Shown: piece after piece, positions 27,564 through 35,902 of the stretch
Position numbering within the stretch: the first letter of the stretch is position 1
Layout of the letters: every line of letters begins with the position of its first letter
Assembly (NCBI GenBank): GCA_005879065.1
Contig: VBLU01000003.1
Span: 1-55,847 of the forward strand
From: Methanobacteriota archaeon
GTDB lineage: Archaea; Thermoplasmatota; Thermoplasmata; RBG-16-68-12
Direction: 5' to 3'
DNA length: 55,847 nt
Position numbers and translations under genes: made by a program
Notes under the pieces: generated by a model
Seen by the model: only the letters and a program-made list of their open reading frames with translations
Database searches by the model: none
What the model was told of the DNA's origin: nothing

Positions 27564-29173
27564 TGTCGCCGATTCCGGACGAGACTCCGTTCGCGCGCCT
27601 CGCCGAGCTGACCACGAAGCTCGAGGCCACATCGAAGCGCCTCGAGAAGCGCGCCCTCCTGGTCGCCTTTCTGAAATCCCTCCGCCGAGACGAGGTTCCC
27701 CCGGCGGTTCACCTGATCGTCGGTCGCATCTTCGCGGAGTCGGATTCGCGCGCCCTGAACGTCGGATGGGCGACCCTGAAGAAGGCCCTCGCGGGGACGA
27801 AGCAGGCCACGTTGGTCCCCCGGCCGCTGACGATTCTGGAAGCTACCCGCATGTTTGCTCAGATCGCGGAGGCCCGTGGCCCTGACTCGACGAGGGCCCG
27901 CCGTCGCCTCCTGGAATCCCTCCTCGGTCGTGCGTCCGAAGAGGAGCGCGACGTCCTTCTACGGAACGTCTTCGGCGAGATGCGGATTGGCGTGAACGAG
28001 GGCGTCATGCTCGAGGGGATCGCAGACGCCGCGGGCGTCGACGCGGAATCCGTTCGGACTGCCCACATGTTCCTCGGAGACCTCGGCATGGTTGCCGAGA
28101 TCGCACTCTTCGAGGGAGCGGTCGGCCTTCGGTCCCGCGGCCTGCGGCTGCTCGCGCCGATGAAACCGATGCTCGCCGAGATGGCCGAGGATTTGGATGA
28201 GGTCCTCGCGGAACACGGCGGTCAGACCGCGGTCGAGTTCAAGCTCGACGGCGCTCGCATTCAAATCCATCGGAAGGGCGACGTGGTCCGCATCTTTAGC
28301 CGGCGTCTGAGCGACGTCACGGACAGCCTGCCCGAGATCGTCGCGATCGCGAAGTCCCTCCCGGCCTCCGAGTTCCTCCTGGAGGGCGAGGTCGTCGCCA
28401 TTAACGCGGACGGGAAGCCCCTCCCGTTCCAGGACCTCATGCGCCGCTTCCGGCGCGTCCACGGGATTGCGGCGGCCCAGGAAGAGATTCCCCTGAAGTT
28501 GTACCTGTTCGACCTGCTCCACGTCGACGGGCAGACGCTGATCGACGCGCCCTATCGTGCCCGATGGGAGAGCCTCGAGCGCCTCGTGCCGTCGGAGTAT
28601 CTCACCGCCCGCAGGATTGTGACGCATAAGCAAGAGATCGAGCCGTTCCTCCAGGCCGCCCTGGTCGCGGGCCACGAGGGCCTCATGGCGAAGGCGCTCG
28701 ATTCGACGTATTCCGTCGGCAAGCGCGGGAAGAAGTGGTTCAAGATCAAGCCCGCGGACCTCCTGGACATGGCGATCGTCGCGGCGGAATGGGGGAGCGG
28801 CCGGCGCGAAGGATGGCTGTCCAACTATTGGCTCGCCGTGCGGGATGAGTCGACGGGCGGGTTCCAGATGATCGGGAAGACGTTCAAGGGGCTGACGGAT
28901 GCGGAATTCGAGACGATGACGGAACGCCTTCGCGGCCTCGCGACTTCCGAAGAACGGTGGGGTTTCCACGTTCGTCCCGAGGTCGTCGTCGAGGTCGCGT
29001 ACAACGAGATTCAGCGGAGTCCGCACTACCCGAGCGGGTTCGCCCTCCGGTTCGCGAGGATCGTGCGGATTCGGGATGACAAGGGACCGGACGACGTGGA
29101 CACATATGCCCGGCTGAAGGACCTGTACAAAAAGCAGTTCGAACGGAAGGGACGCGGGCCGGCCGACCTCTGA
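27563..29173 (+). CDS. lig: ATP-dependent DNA ligase
   Basis: Last 536 codons of ORF 27110..29173. ATG 27563 overlaps the EamA stop (TGATG). Adenylation motif I EFKLDGARIQIH, then EGLMAK and KIKP motifs. Confidence 0.93.
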   Translation: MSPIPDETPFARLAELTTKLEATSKRLEKRALLVAFLKSLRRDEVPPAVHLIVGRIFAESDSRALNVGWATLKKALAGTKQATLVPRPLTILEATRMFAQIAEARGPDSTRARRRLLESLLGRASEEERDVLLRNVFGEMRIGVNEGVMLEGIADAAGVDAESVRTAHMFLGDLGMVAEIALFEGAVGLRSRGLRLLAPMKPMLAEMAEDLDEVLAEHGGQTAVEFKLDGARIQIHRKGDVVRIFSRRLSDVTDSLPEIVAIAKSLPASEFLLEGEVVAINADGKPLPFQDLMRRFRRVHGIAAAQEEIPLKLYLFDLLHVDGQTLIDAPYRARWESLERLVPSEYLTARRIVTHKQEIEPFLQAALVAGHEGLMAKALDSTYSVGKRGKKWFKIKPADLLDMAIVAAEWGSGRREGWLSNYWLAVRDESTGGFQMIGKTFKGLTDAEFETMTERLRGLATSEERWGFHVRPEVVVEVAYNEIQRSPHYPSGFALRFARIVRIRDDKGPDDVDTYARLKDLYKKQFERKGRGPADL

Positions 29174-29200
29174 TCTAATCCCGTCGCGAAGAGATTCGCA

Positions 29201-29365
29201 TTGGGATTCTCCCAGGAGAAGGCACTCTCGCCGATCACGGTCCCTGCTCCGCCGACCTCGGCATCCGCATCGCTCGTTCCGCCCTGGCCGATCGCCGGGG
29301 GGCTGGCCGCCATCGTAGTGGCGGTCCTCGCTTGGGTGACTCTCAGTCGGAAGCGACCGCCATGA
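29201..29365 (+). CDS. possible small membrane protein or C-terminal remnant (Pro/Ser linker + TM + basic tail)
   Basis: Same frame as lig, open for 64 codons after the lig TGA, with about 75 percent GC3. The only start is TTG 29201. The product ends ...PPWPIAGGLAAIVVAVLAWVTLSRKRPP. It is below the 60-aa cutoff of the ORF track. Confidence 0.3.
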   Translation: MGFSQEKALSPITVPAPPTSASASLVPPWPIAGGLAAIVVAVLAWVTLSRKRPP

Positions 29366-29510
29366 TAGGATCCCAACCCCCAGGTCTCGCGGCCGCGTCA
29401 GGTCGGAGTCGCGGCATGCCAACGCCCGATCGGAAGACGGGCGAGTGACCAGGAGGTGGCGTGGACACTTTCGCCTACCTCCCCCGGAAATCGCTTTCAC
29501 CTCGGCCGGC

Positions 29511-29530
29511 ATACCTCTACTTAGAGGTAT
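29511..29530. repeat. 20-bp palindrome ATACCTCTA-CT-TAGAGGTAT (copy 1)
   Basis: Perfect 9-bp arms with a 2-nt centre. Its right arm supplies the GAGGT SD, and its last two bases (AT) begin the ATG of the downstream ORF. Confidence 0.85.
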
Positions 29531-29783
29531 GAAAATGGAAATCGGATGTGGTGCCCGCGTTCGCGACTTCGACGGACGGCGGTATTTCTACTTCTGGCAT
29601 TACGAGCGGGACAACGGTCGATCCGTTCGAAAAGAGGACTACCTCGGTCGAGCGGATTCCGAGAAGGGCCGGTCGGAACTGCTCCGCCGCATGGCCGCGT
29701 ACCACCGGAGGGCCGAACAGGAGTTCGCGCGGAGGCGAGCCCGGATCGAGAGTCTCTTCTCGAGGGCGGATACCTCCACTTAG
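29529..29783 (+). CDS. small basic protein (84 aa), unknown function
   Basis: ORF 29445..29783 trimmed to ATG 29529, directly after the GAGGT. Sequence MKMEIGCGARVRDFDGRRYFYFWHYERDNGRSVRKEDYLGRADSEKGRSELLRRMAAYHRRAEQEFARRRARIESLF... Moderate GC3 bias. Confidence 0.5.
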   Translation: MKMEIGCGARVRDFDGRRYFYFWHYERDNGRSVRKEDYLGRADSEKGRSELLRRMAAYHRRAEQEFARRRARIESLFSRADTST

Positions 29784-29789
29784 AGGTAC
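29770..29789. repeat. 20-bp near-palindrome ATACCTCCA-CT-TAGAGGTAC (copy 2)
   Basis: 18 of 20 bases identical to copy 1. The TAG stop of the small ORF begins the right arm (29781-29783). Confidence 0.85.
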
Positions 29790-29799
29790 GCGGCGGTCC

Positions 29800-30714
29800 T
29801 CATTCCACCTCGCCGATGGCGGCCGTCTCCCGCGTCCGGCTCCCCTGTCCCATCGCGGTCAGGTAGATGCCCAAGAGGGCGAGCGCTCCTCCGATCCCGA
29901 CCGCGATCCCCGGCACTTGCTGGAGGAGGACCCAGGCCAGCAGGCTCGATCCGATCGGCTCCCCGACGAGGCTCAGGCTCACGATCGGCGCGGGGACCCA
30001 CCGGAGGCTCCAGTTGTACAGCGTGTGCCCGCCGATCTGCGGGATCATGGCCATCGCGAGGAAGAGCCCGAGTTCTCGCGGCACGTTTCCCACGGGGACG
30101 AGGCTCTCGCGGAGGATAAGCGTATACAAAAGCAGGACCCCCGTCGCGGTCACGTAGACGACGAACGCATATGCGAGGAGCGGGATCCGCTGGCGCAGGC
30201 GACGGCCCGCGAGGAAATAGAAGCCCGCGGCGACCCCGCCGAGGAACGCGAGCAGGTCGCCGACGAGACTCGCGCTTCGAGCGGTGGAGTCCGCGAAGGC
30301 GATCACGACGACGCCGCTGAAGCCGAGGCCGATCCCGAGGGCCATCCAGGAGTTCAATCGTTCCCGGAGGACGAAATGGGAGAGCAGTCCGACGAGGAGC
30401 GGATGGGAGGTGACCAGGATCACAGACGAGGCGACGCTCACGCTGACTCCCTCCAGCTTCAGGGAGCCTATCCACAGGGTGAAATGGGTCGCGAGGATCG
30501 CGCCGACCCCCATCATGCCGAGCACCTCCTTTCGCGTGAGCGCCAGCAGGGAGGCCCGGTTCGCGAGGACGAACGGCACCAGGATTAGGGACGCGAGGCC
30601 GAGTCGGTACAGGGCGATCGTGATGAAGGGCGACGTGGACCAGGAGATGAAGATGGCCGAGAATGACACTGACACGACCGCGAGGGCGATCGCGGCGTAA
30701 GGCCGGCCAGGCAC
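29800..30714 (-). CDS. EamA/DMT family transporter
   Basis: 304-aa polytopic membrane protein, GTG start, duplicated EamA pattern. Confidence 0.85.
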   Translation of the reverse strand: MPGRPYAAIALAVVSVSFSAIFISWSTSPFITIALYRLGLASLILVPFVLANRASLLALTRKEVLGMMGVGAILATHFTLWIGSLKLEGVSVSVASSVILVTSHPLLVGLLSHFVLRERLNSWMALGIGLGFSGVVVIAFADSTARSASLVGDLLAFLGGVAAGFYFLAGRRLRQRIPLLAYAFVVYVTATGVLLLYTLILRESLVPVGNVPRELGLFLAMAMIPQIGGHTLYNWSLRWVPAPIVSLSLVGEPIGSSLLAWVLLQQVPGIAVGIGGALALLGIYLTAMGQGSRTRETAAIGEVE

Positions 30715-30760
30715 GGGGTCGGGACGAACGGGCCTCTATGTAACGCCTGCGGCCGCTCCC

Positions 30761-31588
30761 TCATGGCGGCGGCGGAGGCACGGGTGGCGGCGCTTGGGGC
30801 GGCCCGCGGGCCCGCCGTCGGCGCAGCGTGACGAGGACCGCGATTGCGATCACCGCGACGACCGCGATGCCGATTCCGATGAGCAGAAGCCCGAGCGTGC
30901 TGGACTGGTACCGGTACGATGTAAGCTGCTGGTCCGAGACCCGGTTCCCGTTGGCGTCATACGATTCCCGCCGGACGTGGTTCCCTGCGCCCTCGGAATA
31001 GTCGTCCCGGTCATGGCCTCCGCCGGAGCTCGTCCGCTGGATGACTGCGACCGAGAAGGAACCCGCGGCGACCGTCGTCGTGTTCTCCGCGATCACCGTG
31101 GCACCATAGGCGAATGGCAAGGTGAAGGTCGAATTGGAGAATCGGACGGTCGTGCTCAATGACCACTGAGCATTCACCGCTAGCGGGAACACGGCCTCGG
31201 CGAGCGGCGGGTCGTACTTCACCGTGATCGTGGATCCAAGGAAGGTGATGTTTGTCTGGGCAGTTCCGAGGTTGGAGTCTTGGACCCAGCTGTCTTGGAC
31301 GGTGGCGCTGCCGCCGCTCGGGGTCGTGGTCGTCGTGATGTGCCACACGCTGTATGAGCCCAGGGCGAAGGTCAACGTGGACCTTTCGTGAACATCGACG
31401 CGGATGGTCGATGTGGCGCTCCCTTGGGTCCGCGTGTAGACCCAGAAGTCCCCTTGCGTCCACGTCGGACGGTTTTGCGTGGCCGCGACCGGCGGAGAGA
31501 CGATCAGAATCGACGCGAAGGCGACGGCCAGCACCGTGACCACGGTCAGCGACCTGAGATGGCGCATCGGCAGGCCTGACCGGCGCAT
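30761..31588 (-). CDS. type-I membrane surface protein, paralog A (signal peptide, Ser/Thr-rich ectodomain, TM, RRRR + polyproline tail)
   Basis: N-terminus LRSLTVVTVLAVAFASILIVSPPVAA then TQNRPTWTQGDFWVY. At least three N-x-S/T sequons. C-terminus LTSYRYQSSTLGLLLIGIGIAVVAVIAIAVLVTLRRRRARGPPQAPPPVPPPPP. Confidence 0.7.
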   Translation of the reverse strand: MRRSGLPMRHLRSLTVVTVLAVAFASILIVSPPVAATQNRPTWTQGDFWVYTRTQGSATSTIRVDVHERSTLTFALGSYSVWHITTTTTPSGGSATVQDSWVQDSNLGTAQTNITFLGSTITVKYDPPLAEAVFPLAVNAQWSLSTTVRFSNSTFTLPFAYGATVIAENTTTVAAGSFSVAVIQRTSSGGGHDRDDYSEGAGNHVRRESYDANGNRVSDQQLTSYRYQSSTLGLLLIGIGIAVVAVIAIAVLVTLRRRRARGPPQAPPPVPPPPP

Positions 31589-31674
31589 GGCGGCAAGCCG
31601 GATATGAGATTGTCGGATACTAGGTAACGCATTCTTTAGGCCCGCACGGATATTCCGCGGCAGCGGGTGGTGCC

Positions 31675-32544
31675 ATGGGCCTGGCCGAGGTACGAAAGAT
31701 CGCGGTGATCGGGGCGGGGACGATGGGCGCCGGAATCGCGCAGGCGTGCGCCGCGGCCGGCTTCCAGGTCGCGATGCGGGACATCGAGCAACGCCTCGTG
31801 GACGGCGGCTTCCGGCGGATCCGCGAGCCGCTCGCGAAACGTGTCGAGAAGGGGAAGATGACCGCCGCCGAGGTGGACGGCATCCTGGGGAAGATTCGCG
31901 GCGTCGTCAATCTCAAGGACGCCGTGACCGGTGCTCAGGTCGTGATCGAGGCGGTGTTCGAGAAGATGGACATCAAACGGGAACTCTATGCGGAACTGGA
32001 TCGGCTCTGCCCGCCTGAAGTCGTCTTCGCGTCGAACACTTCCTCCCTGAGCATCACGGAGATGGCGAATGCGACGAAGCGCGCGGACCGCGTCGTCGGC
32101 ATGCACTTCTTCAACCCCGCGCCGGTCATGAAGCTCGTCGAGGTGATCCGGGGCTCCGAGACGAGTGACGCGACGGTCGCCCTAATCAAGGAACTGTGCA
32201 CGAAGCTCGGCAAGGACGCCGTCGAGGTGAGGGAATCTCCAGGTTTCGTCGTGAACCGCCTCCTCGTCCCGATGATGAACGAAGCGTTCAATCTGCTCCA
32301 GGAGGGAGTCGCGAGCGCCGAGGACATCGACAAGGCGATGAAGCTAGGGACGAACATGCCCATGGGGCCTTTCGAACTCGCCGACTACACGGGCCTGGAC
32401 ATCGGGCTGGACGTGATGGAGGTCCTCTTCCGCGAGACGGGAGACCCAAAGTTCCGACCGTCGACGCTTCTGCGGAAGTACGTGCGCGCGGGCAGGATGG
32501 GCCGGAAGACTGGACGCGGGGTGTACGACTACACTCGTACCTAG
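31675..32544 (+). CDS. hbd: 3-hydroxybutyryl-CoA / 3-hydroxyacyl-CoA dehydrogenase
   Basis: Rossmann fold KIAVIGAGTMGAGIAQ, then HFFNPAPVMKLVEVI and PGFVVNRLL motifs. Confidence 0.92.
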   Translation: MGLAEVRKIAVIGAGTMGAGIAQACAAAGFQVAMRDIEQRLVDGGFRRIREPLAKRVEKGKMTAAEVDGILGKIRGVVNLKDAVTGAQVVIEAVFEKMDIKRELYAELDRLCPPEVVFASNTSSLSITEMANATKRADRVVGMHFFNPAPVMKLVEVIRGSETSDATVALIKELCTKLGKDAVEVRESPGFVVNRLLVPMMNEAFNLLQEGVASAEDIDKAMKLGTNMPMGPFELADYTGLDIGLDVMEVLFRETGDPKFRPSTLLRKYVRAGRMGRKTGRGVYDYTRT

Positions 32545-32596
32545 CTTCCGGCGTTCGAGCCTGTTGCGAGGTTAAAACCCTCCCCGGTTGTGAGCC

Positions 32597-33532
32597 TCAG
32601 GGAGGCGATTCGGGCGGCTCGGGTCCGCTCGGCGGTTGCTGGGGCGGAGTCCATCCGGGAGGTGGCGCCCCAACGCCCGGCCTGCGTCGTCGGACGAGCA
32701 CGGCTCCGACGACCGCCGCGACGACGAGGACGAGGAGGATGAGCCAGATCCACACCTGGAGGCCGAGGAAGACCGTCGTCAAGAGGCTGCCTGCTTGATA
32801 CCGATAGCTCGTCAGGTTGTAGCTGCCGGCGGACTGGCCCGAGCTGTTGTGGGACTCGGTTCGAACGGAGTTGCCTGCTTGGGGCGACCAGTAGTTAATG
32901 ACAAACGAGGTCGAGCCCGCGGCGGTCTCTTTGAGAGGAGATGTCGTAAAGGTCCCCGCGGGCACCGTAATCGACGCGTCCGTTTGAACTTCGAAGTGCG
33001 TGGCAAGAGGCATCTGTGTGTATCGGACTGCGCCCGTCGAATTCGTCGTGACGTCCCAGACGGTGGTCGAAGAATCCCAACTGGCTCCGGCCGTCAACGG
33101 CCATTGGATGATCTGCGGAGGGTTCCCCGAGATTGAGACGTGAGAATTCGCCGAAACGGTGCCAAAGGTCAAATTCACGTCCGCGACGATTTTGACGATC
33201 GCCAAGGTGTCTGTGCTGTACCAAATGGTCGCGGGCAGATTGAGGGTGAGGCTCCCAAACGGAATCGTGAGGGTGGCGGCCACGTGGTACGTCGAGTAGG
33301 AGGACCCGTTGACGCTGACGGACTCGGTCCCGGTGACATCCATCCGCAGCGTGCCGCTGATCGACGTCCCAGTCAGGGCCGAGGAGTACGCATAGACCCA
33401 GAAATCGCCGGACGCCCAGGCCGGGCGGTTCGTCGCGGCCCGGGCTGGGGTCGCGGTGAACGCCAAGGCGGCAATCAAAAGGAGTCCGACGGCCGCGGCC
33501 AGAACCCGCAGGCGCGAGTGCATCCAATCCAT
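32597..33532 (-). CDS. type-I membrane surface protein, paralog B
   Basis: Signal peptide ...LLLIAALAFTATPARA then ATNRPAWASGDFWVY. At least five N-x-S/T sequons. NLTSYRYQAGS, then a TM helix, then RRRRPGVGAPPPGWTPPQQPPSGPEPPESPP. Confidence 0.7.
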   Translation of the reverse strand: MDWMHSRLRVLAAAVGLLLIAALAFTATPARAATNRPAWASGDFWVYAYSSALTGTSISGTLRMDVTGTESVSVNGSSYSTYHVAATLTIPFGSLTLNLPATIWYSTDTLAIVKIVADVNLTFGTVSANSHVSISGNPPQIIQWPLTAGASWDSSTTVWDVTTNSTGAVRYTQMPLATHFEVQTDASITVPAGTFTTSPLKETAAGSTSFVINYWSPQAGNSVRTESHNSSGQSAGSYNLTSYRYQAGSLLTTVFLGLQVWIWLILLVLVVAAVVGAVLVRRRRPGVGAPPPGWTPPQQPPSGPEPPESPP

Positions 33533-33626
33533 CGCGACCGGGAGCAGCCCAGGGGTCTATGAGCCTGCCGGTGGGGCACGAGGAACGTTCATCCTCGTCC
33601 CCGGCGTTCGCGGTCCTGAGGATTCC

Positions 33627-34406
33627 ATGCCTAGCTTCGTCCGGGTGGAGATGGAGGACCGCTTGGCGATCGTCGCGATCAACCGGCCGGATGCACTGAA
33701 CGCCCTGAATTCCGCCGTGCTGCGGGAGCTGTCCATGACGATCGAGCACCTGTCCATGGCCGCGGACGTGGGCGCGATCATCCTGACAGGAGCCGGGGAC
33801 CGCGCGTTCGTGGCGGGGGCCGACATCAAGGAGATGGTCGGCCTGTCCGCGCTCGAGATGCGATCCTTCTCGGAGGCGGGGCGGCGACTCGGGGACACGA
33901 TGGCCGCGTGCAACAAGCCCATCCTGGCGGCGATCAACGGCTACGCCCTCGGAGGCGGATGCGAACTCGCCCTCGCGTGCGATATCCGGATCGCGTCGGA
34001 CCGAGCGAAGCTCGGCCAGCCGGAGGTCAATATCGGGATCATCCCGGGATTCGGCGGAAGCCAGCGCTTGCCTCGTCTCGTCGGACTCGGATGGGCCTCG
34101 GAGATGGTCTACACGGGGGACGCGATCGACGCGGCGACCGCGGAGCGGATCGGCCTCGTGAATCGCGTCGTGCCCGCGGAGCGACTCCTCGAGGAGACGA
34201 AGGCCCTGGCACGCAAGATCCTCGAGAAGAGCCCGGCCGCCATCGCCCTCGCGAAGGCCTGCCTCCGGTCGGCCTTGGAGATGCCGCTCGCCGCGGGCCT
34301 CGATTTCGAGACCGCGGCCTTCGGGGTCGTCGGTTCGACGAAGGACAAGGAAGAGGGCATGCGCGCGTTCATCGAGAAACGGAAGCCGACATGGAAGGGC
34401 GCGTGA
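33627..34406 (+). CDS. enoyl-CoA hydratase (crotonase)
   Basis: Last 259 codons of ORF 33456..34406. ATG 33627 is preceded by GAGG. LTGAGDRAFVAGADIKEM and ILAAINGYALGGGCELALACDIRIA. Confidence 0.9.
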   Translation: MPSFVRVEMEDRLAIVAINRPDALNALNSAVLRELSMTIEHLSMAADVGAIILTGAGDRAFVAGADIKEMVGLSALEMRSFSEAGRRLGDTMAACNKPILAAINGYALGGGCELALACDIRIASDRAKLGQPEVNIGIIPGFGGSQRLPRLVGLGWASEMVYTGDAIDAATAERIGLVNRVVPAERLLEETKALARKILEKSPAAIALAKACLRSALEMPLAAGLDFETAAFGVVGSTKDKEEGMRAFIEKRKPTWKGA

Positions 34407-34571
34407 TCAGTACGACTCGAACTCCTCTTGGAGGTCGATCACGACCTGTTCGAGGACCTCTTCGAAGGAGGAGCTGCGGTACTCGCGCATCCCGCCGAGC
34501 TCGCTTTGGATGCGGGCGATGAAGTTGTTGGAACTCTTCAGGAATTCCACGTTCACCAGGGACTCTTCCAT
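34407..34571 (-). CDS. small acidic protein (54 aa), unknown function
   Basis: Hand-translated: [54 protein letters not shown]. Very high GC3. GAGG directly abuts the ATG. Below the ORF-track size cutoff. Confidence 0.4.
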   Translation of the reverse strand: MEESLVNVEFLKSSNNFIARIQSELGGMREYRSSSFEEVLEQVVIDLQEEFESY

Positions 34572-34778
34572 CCTCGGTTGCTCCGGGAGACCGACGCGGG
34601 CGCGTTCTCAATCGGGCGTATCCGAGGTTCGTATTTAATAGTTGCCCGCAGAGTGCTCGACGGACGACCGAGTGCGGCTCACGGGGCCTTCGGATCGCGT
34701 TCGTTGCTCCCCTCCGAGGAACCTTTATCTAGCGCGCTCCCCTTCGACGGCCTCCCGAACCGGACGCGGAGTGAATCG

Positions 34779-34970
34779 TTGGGCAATATTCGGCCGACGT
34801 ACATCAAGCGAGTCGCGATCGAGCTCGCGAAGCTCTATCCGAACGAATTCACGGCGGATTTCGAGCACAACAAGAAGATGGTCTCCGAACTGAGCGACGT
34901 GCGGAGCAATCTGATGCGCAACCGGATTGCCGGATACATCACCCGATACCGGCAGCGCCTGGCCGTCTAG
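34779..34970 (+). CDS. rps17e: 30S ribosomal protein S17e
   Basis: Tail of ORF 34428..34970. The TTG 34779 start gives (L)[37 protein letters not shown]...[10 protein letters not shown], matching the about 63-aa archaeal S17e. Confidence 0.85.
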   Translation: MGNIRPTYIKRVAIELAKLYPNEFTADFEHNKKMVSELSDVRSNLMRNRIAGYITRYRQRLAV

Positions 34971-35019
34971 TCCCGCGGACGCCTGCGCCCGGTCCGGGAG
35001 CGAATGGACCCAATCCCCC

Positions 35020-35902
35020 ATGTCGTACGCCGTCGAGACACGTGACCTCACCCGGATCTTCGCGGGCAAGAAGAAGCGGCGGATCCGCCGGAAGCGCGCC
35101 GCGAGCGAAGGCGACGAGCATCTCGGCCCGGTGACCGCCCTCGACGAGGTGTCCATCCAGATCCTTCCCCATCCGCCAAGTCATCAACATGGTGTCCGGC
35201 GGCGAGACGTCGGGGTACGGGCTCCTGACCGCGCGGGAGAACATCTGGATGTTTTCCCAGTTCTACGGTGTGCCGAGCAAGGTCTCCAAGGGCCGCATCG
35301 ACGAGCTCATGCACATCTTCGGGCTCTGGGACAAGCGGAACGCGAAGGTACGAATGCTGTCCACGGGGCAGCGGCAGAAGATGAACATGATTCGCGGCTT
35401 CGTCACGGACCCGGACATCCTGTTCCTGGACGAGCCGACCCTCGGCCTCGACGTGAACGCCGCCCGCGTGATCCGCGAGTACGTGACGAACTGGGTGCGG
35501 GGCCAGAAAGGCAAGACGGTCCTACTCACGACGCACTATATGGCGGAAGCGGACCAGATGTGCGACCGCATCGCGATCATTGACAAGGGGAAGATCCTGG
35601 CGTGCGACACCCCGGAGAACCTCAAGCGGATGATCCGGACGGAAACGACATTCCGACTGGAGGTCGACGCGATCCGCGACCTTACGACGTTCTCCACGAT
35701 GCAGGGGGTGAAGAACTTCTCGCACAAGGATGACATCGCCAAGAATCGATCCTTCCTCACGTTCATCCTCGAGGACGAGGGTCCCGTCGCGGAGATCCTC
35801 AGCACGATCACGTTGCAGGGCAAGAAGGTCCATTCTCTGCAGAAGTCCGAGCCGACCCTGGAGGACGTCTTCATCAGCATGGTGGGGAGGGGATTCGAGT
35901 GA
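35020..35902 (+). pseudogene. ABC transporter ATP-binding protein lacking the Walker A region (internal deletion plus frameshift, or an assembly artefact)
   Basis: Frame 1 from ATG 35020 gives MSYAVETRDLTRIF...VTALDEVSIQI. The homology then continues in frame 2 as IRQVINMVSGGETSGY...LSTGQRQK...ILFLDEPTLGLD...LLTTHYM. The roughly 45 residues that should carry GxxGxGKT are absent. Confidence 0.6.

Noticed and set aside
29171-29173. Stop-codon read-through producing a membrane-anchored DNA ligase
   Set aside because: The ligase is complete at this stop, with its C-terminal OB-fold region present, and a membrane-tethered replicative ligase is biologically implausible. The downstream frame is treated as a separate small ORF or remnant.
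27959-29512. 517-aa minus-strand ORF
   Set aside because: It is antisense to the ATP-dependent DNA ligase, which has unambiguous motifs. Shadow ORF.
29511-29789. Possible CRISPR array, because of the repeated 20-mers
   Set aside because: There are only two copies, the 239-bp spacer is far too long and is coding, the repeats are shorter than typical CRISPR repeats, and there are no cas genes in the window.
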